The position numbers and the translations under genes are program-made. From an uncultured Gemmatimonadales bacterium (lineage in GTDB: Bacteria > Gemmatimonadota > Gemmatimonadetes > Longimicrobiales > Longimicrobiaceae): a stretch of DNA of 64,000 nucleotides. Each line of letters starts with the position of its first letter. Position 1 is the first letter of the stretch. Below, piece by piece: positions 57,337 through 64,000 of this stretch. The stretch covers positions 1,024,001 through 1,088,000 of the forward strand of contig OY970303.1 of NCBI GenBank assembly GCA_963716255.1. The letters are read 5' to 3'. The notes below the pieces were generated by a model, which was not told the origin of the DNA, searched no databases, and saw nothing but the letters and a program-made list of their open reading frames with translations.

Positions 57337-58578
57337 TCATTCGTGTCCGAGAGCGGTCACGGGAGAGAGCCGGGCGGCCCGCGCGGCCGGGTACACGCCC
57401 GCCGCCACCCCCACCCCGACGCCCAGGAGCAGCCCGGCCACGGCCGACCACGGGACCACCCGCGCCGGGAGCGGAGACAGGGTGGCCACCATCCCCGCGA
57501 GCAGGAAGCCCACTACCACGCCCAGCGCCCCGCCCACCCCCGACAGGGTGCCGGCCTCCACCAGGAACTGCACGAGGATGTCGCGGCTACGGGCTCCCAT
57601 GGCCTTGCGCAGGCCGATCTCGTACGTACGCTCGGTCACCGAGACGAGCATGATGTTCATGATCACCACCGCGGCCACCACCAGCGAGATGCCCACGAGG
57701 CCGGGCACCGCGACCATCATCACCCGCGACACCTTTCCCCACGCGGCGAGCGCCCGCTCGGAGGTGGTGACGGAAAACTCCTCGTCGTCCACGGGGCGCA
57801 GCCGTCTCCGCACCCGCATCCACCCCTCCACGTCCGCGAGCGCGGCGGGGAGGAGCTTGCTCTCGGGGACCTTGAAGGAGATCGCCTCCACCGCGTCGCG
57901 GGGCGTGATCACCCCGTTCAGCGGGGAACGGGCGGGAACGACGGCCATCCGGTCCATGGAGATGGTGAACAGCCGCCCCTGTCCGGCGAGGACCCCCACC
58001 ACCCGGTAGTGGGTCCCCGCGAAGATCACCTGCCGGCCCAGCGGGCTGCGGCCCGCGAACAGCTTGTCGGCGAGATCCTTCCCGATCACCACCACCGGGA
58101 GCCCGCGCTCCGCCTCGTGGTCCGAGAACGGCCGCCCTTCGGCGATCCGCAGGCCGCTCACGTAGAAGTGGCTCGCCGTGGCGCCGGACACGCGGACCTG
58201 GGACACCTTCTTTCCGTCGGGCGAGATCGCGCTCGCGGAAGCGGCCCACTCCGCGGACAGCACTCCGGGGACCCGGATCCGGCTTTCCAGCCACTCCGCG
58301 TCCGCGAGGGTGAGGGGACGGCGCCGGCTGCGCGCCCGCCGGGCGGCCGCGTCTCCGGGCGCCCCCTCCACGGGGTCACGGCGGACGCTCACGGTGTTGT
58401 GGCCGTAGAACCTGCCGACCACGTTGCTTTCCACGTAGCTGCTCATCCCCTGCACGATGCTGATCACCGCGACCAGGAACGCGACCCCCGTCAGCGTCCC
58501 GAACACGGTGAAGAACGCGCGGAGCGGGTAGGCGCGGATGGTGTCGAACGCCCCCCGGAGACCCTCGGCGGCCCGCAT
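57337..58578 (-). CDS. MacB/FtsX-type ABC permease
   Basis: IMNIMLVSVTERTYEIGLRKAMGA, QFLVEA, YPAARAARLSPV. Confidence 0.9.
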   Translation of the reverse strand: MRAAEGLRGAFDTIRAYPLRAFFTVFGTLTGVAFLVAVISIVQGMSSYVESNVVGRFYGHNTVSVRRDPVEGAPGDAAARRARSRRRPLTLADAEWLESRIRVPGVLSAEWAASASAISPDGKKVSQVRVSGATASHFYVSGLRIAEGRPFSDHEAERGLPVVVIGKDLADKLFAGRSPLGRQVIFAGTHYRVVGVLAGQGRLFTISMDRMAVVPARSPLNGVITPRDAVEAISFKVPESKLLPAALADVEGWMRVRRRLRPVDDEEFSVTTSERALAAWGKVSRVMMVAVPGLVGISLVVAAVVIMNIMLVSVTERTYEIGLRKAMGARSRDILVQFLVEAGTLSGVGGALGVVVGFLLAGMVATLSPLPARVVPWSAVAGLLLGVGVGVAAGVYPAARAARLSPVTALGHE

Positions 58579-58581
58579 GCG

Positions 58582-59328
58582 TCACACCCCCAGCAGGGCG
58601 GGGAGCGCCCCGGCGGGAGCCGGCTCGCTCCTCGCCGCGCGGTCCCGCCGCACGTCGCCGGCGAGGAGACCGTCGCGCAGGGTGACGACGCGCTCCGCGT
58701 GGGCGGCGACGCCGGGCTCGTGAGTGACCATGACGAGGGTTTCCCCGTCCGCGTGGAGCCGGTGGAAGAGCGCCATGATCTCCTCCGAGGTGCGCGAGTC
58801 GAGGTTCCCCGTCGGCTCGTCCGCGAGGAGGATGCTGGGGCGCGTGACCAGGGCCCGCGCGATGGCGACCCTCTGCCGCTGTCCACCGGACAGCTCGCCG
58901 GGCCGGTGGTGGAGCCGGTCGCCCAACTCCACGGCACGCAGCGCCGCCGCGGCCCGCTCCCGCCGCTCGCCCGGGCGGACCCCACCGTAGACCAGGGGAA
59001 GCTCCACGTTCTGGAGCGCCGTGGAACGGGGAAGGAGGTTGAAGGTCTGGAAGACGAAGCCGATCTCCCGGTTGCGGATCCGCGCCAGGGAGTCGTCCCC
59101 GAGCCCCGCCACCCGCTCCCCGTTCAGCACGTAGTCCCCGGCCGTGGGGGTGTCCAGGCACCCGATCAGGTTCATCAGCGTCGACTTTCCCGAGCCCGAA
59201 GGGCCCATGACCGCGACGAACTCGCCGCGCAGGATCACCAGGTCCACCCCGCGCAGGGCGTGCACCGTCCCGGCCCCCATCGAGTACCGCTTCTCGAGGC
59301 CGCGCGCCTCGATCACCCGGGCGCTCAC
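58582..59328 (-). CDS. MacB/LolD-type ABC ATP-binding protein
   Basis: [33 protein letters not shown]. Confidence 0.95.
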   Translation of the reverse strand: MSARVIEARGLEKRYSMGAGTVHALRGVDLVILRGEFVAVMGPSGSGKSTLMNLIGCLDTPTAGDYVLNGERVAGLGDDSLARIRNREIGFVFQTFNLLPRSTALQNVELPLVYGGVRPGERRERAAAALRAVELGDRLHHRPGELSGGQRQRVAIARALVTRPSILLADEPTGNLDSRTSEEIMALFHRLHADGETLVMVTHEPGVAAHAERVVTLRDGLLAGDVRRDRAARSEPAPAGALPALLGV

Positions 59329-60529
59329 CGCTCCTCCCCGCGCGCCGCCTGGAGCGGGCGGATCGAGTCTCCCGGCCGGAGCCTGCGCACCGCCTCGTAC
59401 GGCCCCGCCACGATGGTGTCGCCCGGCCGCAGCCCGCTCTTCACCTCGAAGTACTGCTCCCCGGCGATCCCCACCCGCACGGGAACGAACGCCACGCTGG
59501 ACCCGTGGACCACGAAGACGCCCTCCACCCCGCGCGAGCGGGTGGTGGGCGCATGGCCCCCGGGAGCGCGCACGGCGAGGGCCAGGACGGGCACCGCGGG
59601 GACGCCGGACCGCGACTCGACCGCGATGTCCGCGCTCGCCGAAAGCTCGGGCCGCAGGTCCGGGGGGGCCGGTGGAGCGCGATCACCACCTTGAACCCCG
59701 CCGATTCCTGGCTGCCGCCACGGAACGCGCTGTTGGAGATGCGGACCACCCGTCCGGGAAAGGTCCTCCGCCCGTACGCATCGATCCGCACCCGCGCGGG
59801 GTCGCCCACGGAAACGTCCGGCACGTCGGTCTCGTCCACCAGCACCTGCGCCTCCATCTCCGACAGGTCGGCGATGGTCAGCAGCAGGGAGCCGGGGTTG
59901 TTCACCGTGCCCACCACGGCGATCTCGCCCTCCTCGATGTTGAGGCGGGTGATCCGGCCGCTCATGGGCGCGGCGATCGTCGTCTTTTCCAGCTCGCCGC
60001 GCGCCTCCGACAGGGCGGCCCTGGCCTGGTCCACGGAGTAGCCGGCGCCGCGGGCCTGCGCGCCGGCCGAGCGCACCTGCGTGCGCGAGCGGTCCAGGTC
60101 GGCCTGCGCGACGAATCCGCCGCTCCGGCCCACGTCCTCCAGCCGCTGAAGCTCGCTCTGGGCCTGGGCCAGGCTGCTCTGTGCGTACTCGGCGGACGAC
60201 TGGGCCTGGGCCAGCGACGCTTCCGCGCGCAGCACCGCCGCCCGGTAGCGGGTGGGCTCGATCCGCAGCAGCAGGTCCCCCCGGTTCACCCACTGTCCCT
60301 CCTGCACGGCGAGCTGCACCACGCGGCCGGGGATGTCGGCGGAGATGTCCACCTTCCGCCGGGGCTCAATCCTCCCGCTGCCGGGAACGGTGGCGACCAG
60401 GTCCCGGCGCGCGACCTTCTCGGTCTGGACCGGGACCGCCTCCACTCCCACCGAGGCTGCGGACAGCACGACCAGGATCGACACGACGGAGGCTGCCGAG
60501 AGCAGCATTACGATCTTTCGCTTGCGCAT
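59325..60529 (-). CDS. MacA-like periplasmic adaptor, apparent frameshift at 59662-59668
   Basis: [33 protein letters not shown]. The C-terminus ([12 protein letters not shown]...[10 protein letters not shown]) lies in the adjacent frame across a 7-base G/C run. Confidence 0.85.
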
Positions 60530-60557
60530 GGGGCCTCGGGGTTTGCGGGACGCGGGT

Positions 60558-62000
60558 TCAGCGCAGAGAGGTGCCGACCAGGGCCTCCAGGTCGGCCAGG
60601 CTCTGGTGGAAGGCGTACACGGCGTCTATCTCGTCGGTCTCGGCCTGTGCGAGACGCGTCTGCGCCTCCGTGACGGCCGTCTGGTTCACCGCTCCGAACC
60701 GCAGGCGCTCCCGGGCGAGCTGCAGCTCCTCCTCCGCCAGCTCGCGGACGGTCGTCTGCGCCCGGGCGAGCTCGTACCCGGAACGAAGGTTCTCCAGGAC
60801 GGCGCCGACCTCGGCGTACACGCGGAGCTGTTCGGCGCGGCTCCGTCCCGCCGCGTCCTCCATGGCCGCGCGCGACCGCTCCACCTGCGCGCGGCGGTTG
60901 AAGCCCTGGAACACCGGGATCGAGACGGTGGCCGAAGCGTTGAGCGGCTGGCGGTTGTAGGCGAACGGGAATCCCTGGTTCTCCCGCTGCACCCGCTCGC
61001 GGATCTCGGCCTCGGCCTCGGGCGACAGGGTGCGGCCTCCCAGCCGCTGCTGCACCAGCATCTCGATGTCGCCCGCGCTCTGGATCCACCCGGTCACGTT
61101 CAGCGACAGCGTGAGGGTGGGGAGGAACGCAGCGCGGGCCGAGGACAGCCGGGCACGCGCCGCCGCCACCGAGCCGGCGGCGGCGCCGAGCGCCGGGTTG
61201 TTCTGCATCGCCTCCCGTACCAGCTCCTCGCCCGACCAGCGAGGCTCGAAGACGCTGAACTCCGACGTCAGCTCCACCTGCGGGTCCATGACGGTCCCCA
61301 GGGTGCGCCCCAGCGACACGAGCTCGGTCCGCAGCGTCCGGACGGCCTGCAGCCGGCGGACCTCGGCCTGGCTGCGCTGCACCTGGGCGCGCTTGCGGTC
61401 CAGCGGGCTGGTGAGGCCGGCGGCGGCCTGCGCGAGGCCCTGGCGCATGTGCTCCTCGGAGCGGACGACCTCCCGCTCGGCCTGGCGGACGCGCGCCCGC
61501 GCCTGCAGCACGGCGATGTACCTGCGTGTCACCTCGGTGGTCAGCTCGGACGCAGCGCGCGCCGCGCGCTGCCCCGTCTCCCGTGCCTCCGCGCGCGCGG
61601 TCCGGGGCTGGAGCACCTTCCCCGCGCTGAGCGAGTACGAAGCGGACACGCCGTAGTTGGAGGAGTAGATGGACGGCTGGTCGCCGAGGGAAACGGAGCC
61701 GACGCGGCGCTCGCCCGGGGCCGTGTAGCCGAACGAGTTGGAAACGTTGAGGTTGGGGAGCAGGTCGCCGTACGCGGAGCGCACCGACACGTCCGCCAGC
61801 TGGACCTCGTTCGCGCTCTGCACCACCGAGGGGTTGTTCCGGCGCGCCAGCGACACGGCGTCCTCCAGCGTGAGCACGCGCGGCCCCGTCGGGATCGCGG
61901 GCTCCTGCGCCCGCGCCGCGATGGGGGCGGCGGCGCACGCGAGCGTCACGGCGGCCACGTGCCACCGGACGGCGGCGGTCCTGCGTGCTTCCTTCGACAT
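60558..62000 (-). CDS. TolC family outer membrane channel
   Basis: Signal peptide (ARA-Q); LTLEDAVSLARRNNP, LPNL, FLPTL, IPVFQG. Confidence 0.9.
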   Translation of the reverse strand: MSKEARRTAAVRWHVAAVTLACAAAPIAARAQEPAIPTGPRVLTLEDAVSLARRNNPSVVQSANEVQLADVSVRSAYGDLLPNLNVSNSFGYTAPGERRVGSVSLGDQPSIYSSNYGVSASYSLSAGKVLQPRTARAEARETGQRAARAASELTTEVTRRYIAVLQARARVRQAEREVVRSEEHMRQGLAQAAAGLTSPLDRKRAQVQRSQAEVRRLQAVRTLRTELVSLGRTLGTVMDPQVELTSEFSVFEPRWSGEELVREAMQNNPALGAAAGSVAAARARLSSARAAFLPTLTLSLNVTGWIQSAGDIEMLVQQRLGGRTLSPEAEAEIRERVQRENQGFPFAYNRQPLNASATVSIPVFQGFNRRAQVERSRAAMEDAAGRSRAEQLRVYAEVGAVLENLRSGYELARAQTTVRELAEEELQLARERLRFGAVNQTAVTEAQTRLAQAETDEIDAVYAFHQSLADLEALVGTSLR

Positions 62001-62192
62001 GGCGTCTCCATTTCGGCTTGCCGCCGGCGGATGGGTGGAGCGTGGCTTAAACCCGGACCTGCCGGCCCACGAAGCCCCGTGGGCCGGCAGCACGTCGGCG
62101 TGTGGTGTCGCCCGGAAAGCGGAATTCACTTCTTCAGCTGCACCTTCCCGGTCCGGCCGCGCATCCCGCGGCCGGACGGGATCCGGACGCGG

Positions 62193-62756
62193 TCACATGC
62201 AGGCGCCCCCCGCCGTCTCCGACTGGTAGTACTGGACTTGGGGGCCGCTGCCGATCCCGCCGTCGCAGCCACCGCTGCTGCCGTACCACACCTCGGTCTG
62301 CTGCCAGGCGCTGGTGGGGGTGTTGGTGGTGCTGGAGGCCACGCCGGCCTGGTAGTTTTCCTCGGAGGAGTATTCGATCGTTTCCGTCTCGTTTCTCTGC
62401 ACAGTCTCGCCTCCCTGGACGTTGCTGGGCGTCGACTGGAACACGGAGCGGAAGAGCGATACGATGGTCATGATGGCGCCGAGCACCTTGGCGATCTGGG
62501 TAATGGCGCTGACGAACGTCTTGAACCAGTTCCAGAACCCTCCCCGCACCGCTCCCATCTCGGAAGCGGAGAGCTGCACGGCGGCGGCGGCGGGAGCCTG
62601 GGCCTGGACGGCGGCCGCGAGTCCGGCGGCCGGGAGGGCCTGGGACGCGACGCGCGAGGGAATGGATGCGGCCGCCGGAAGCACCGGGACCGCGGGCACC
62701 ATGCCGGTGGCCAGTGTCACGGCGAGCATCCAGCTGAGAGCCAGGTTTCTGAGCAT
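62193..62756 (-). CDS. Putative secreted precursor with an internal double-glycine motif (bacteriocin/RiPP-like)
   Basis: AGGAGG RBS; signal-like N-terminus; LSASEMGAVRGG at residues 62-73; then FWNWFKTFVSAITQIAKVLGAIMTIVSLF. Confidence 0.75.
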   Translation of the reverse strand: MLRNLALSWMLAVTLATGMVPAVPVLPAAASIPSRVASQALPAAGLAAAVQAQAPAAAAVQLSASEMGAVRGGFWNWFKTFVSAITQIAKVLGAIMTIVSLFRSVFQSTPSNVQGGETVQRNETETIEYSSEENYQAGVASSTTNTPTSAWQQTEVWYGSSGGCDGGIGSGPQVQYYQSETAGGACM

Positions 62757-63295
62757 GTCCTACCTCCTGGTCGTTTGTGTGAGAACTTCCTGTGGGTTTC
62801 CTCGACACGATTTCCCTCTGCGGCACCACTCGGCATTCTGCCCACACGGCATTCTTCCAGCGCGGATTCGCCTTTGCACGCGGTGAACGGAAGGGTGCGC
62901 CGATCGGGCATGAAAGGCACACGCGGGGGCTACCGACTAAACCTGTCGTCAAATAGGTCCATTCGGGACAAGGGAGTCCTGAGGGGTCCGGGCGCAATGC
63001 TCCCCGAGCCCTGAGCGGTCAACGGCTCCGCCGACGTGCCGGAACTCTGGCAAGGGCGCCGAAGCAATCTACGGAATGGCAGCCCGGTGCGCCGCGATCG
63101 GTCCAGAAGAATGATCAGGCGGAAGGAGCCGCCGTGAAGCAGACAGAAGGGAGCTGCGGGTCGGAAGTTTCGAGAGAGGCTGCCGGTGGCGATGCTGGAC
63201 CGGTCATTCGAGCACCGCCGCTGGATTACACGTTAAGAGCAGGCATGCCCGAAGTCAACATGAAAATTCGTTTTATGAACGCGCATTACCGGACT

Positions 63296-63856
63296 TCATT
63301 TTCTGGACGGGCCCAAGGCGGGTCCGGGAGCGAACAGGAGCACGTTGCCCGTCCACAGGGCCAGGAAGCTCGTTTTCGGCAGCGCCACCCGTCCGATGGC
63401 CGGGTCGCGGACGTGCACCGTGCCGTCCGGCTCGATCCGGTCCACCACCACGTAGTGGTTGTCGAAGTGGGCCACGGCGGGGAGCGGCGCGCGGGCGAGC
63501 CCCGGAAAGTCCAGGCGCCACCCGGCAGCCGCCAGCCCATGCTCCCTGGCCACCGACTGCATCTCCAGCAGCGAAAGACCCTCGCCGCGGTCCAGGACGC
63601 GGCCGCGAACGGCTTCCAGTGCGGAGGGCCGGTGATGCTCCTCGAAGATCATCGCGAGCACCGCGACCCCGCAGTCCCATGTGCCTTTCTGCAGCCGCAC
63701 ACCGCTCCGGCCCTGGTAGTCGCCTCCGACCGACAGGGTCCATAGGCGCGCCACCGGCTCCGGGGCCACCGGGAGGGTGAGCCCGACCGCGAGCGTGCCG
63801 CCCGCCCCGGCGAGTGCGAGGACGACCGCAAAGCTCCGTGCGCGGGACATGGGCAT
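63296..63856 (-). CDS. Stand-alone C39 family cysteine peptidase with an N-terminal signal/anchor
   Basis: LQKGTWDCGVAVLAM, GLSLLEM, NHYVVV, VRDPAIG, FLALWTG; no ABC domain fused. Confidence 0.85.
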   Translation of the reverse strand: MPMSRARSFAVVLALAGAGGTLAVGLTLPVAPEPVARLWTLSVGGDYQGRSGVRLQKGTWDCGVAVLAMIFEEHHRPSALEAVRGRVLDRGEGLSLLEMQSVAREHGLAAAGWRLDFPGLARAPLPAVAHFDNHYVVVDRIEPDGTVHVRDPAIGRVALPKTSFLALWTGNVLLFAPGPALGPSRK

Positions 63857-64000
63857 ATGGGAGGAGGGATCCGGAGGTGTGGTGAAACGGTTCGGACCAG
63901 CGGACAGCGGAGGACGGAATCGCCGCGGGTGATTACACTGTAGGATCGGGACATTCACAAGTCAATACGCTTATTATGCGATCTTTATAAGCCTATAGAA

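Noticed and set aside
62760..63290. Riboswitch or sigma54 promoter in the ~530-nt gap between the peptidase and the precursor
   Set aside because: A GG-N10-GC match (CGGATTCGCCTTTGCA) and a GGGGGCTACCGA segment lie on the plus strand, opposite to the genes, and no complete aptamer could be recognised

Overview
Very GC-rich bacterial DNA. The gene content (PorX-like regulator, DUF3108, many sigma54 elements) suggests Gemmatimonadota, possibly Longimicrobium-like; this is an inference. About 57 CDS, mostly on the minus strand: uvsE, pilT with a MshEN-type partner, a LeuB/tartrate dehydrogenase-family gene, two sigma54 activators, an LPS/surface-glycan cluster (rfbB, lipid A acyltransferase, GT2/GT4/GT9, DegT aminotransferase, epimerase, msbA), a sigma70 factor, lepB, an aldehyde dehydrogenase, larE with a cysteine desulfurase, and an lspA-like gene. 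Three things stand out. (1) At the right end, a stand-alone signal-anchored C39 peptidase, a Sec-type precursor with an internal double-glycine motif followed by an amphipathic core, and a TolC/MacA/MacB-type exporter. (2) At least 16 copies of two long, modular intergenic repeat families whose stems show extensive compensatory base changes, plus two short GC-hairpin families; some copies flank single accessory genes as direct repeats. (3) Small accessory modules: a nucleotidyltransferase + TIM-barrel pair, an HsdR_N-like nuclease + DUF4236/SH3 pair, and an AT-rich phage-tailspike-like beta-helix gene. Three single-base homopolymer frameshifts are probably sequencing errors. No tRNA, rRNA, CRISPR array or transposase was recognised.
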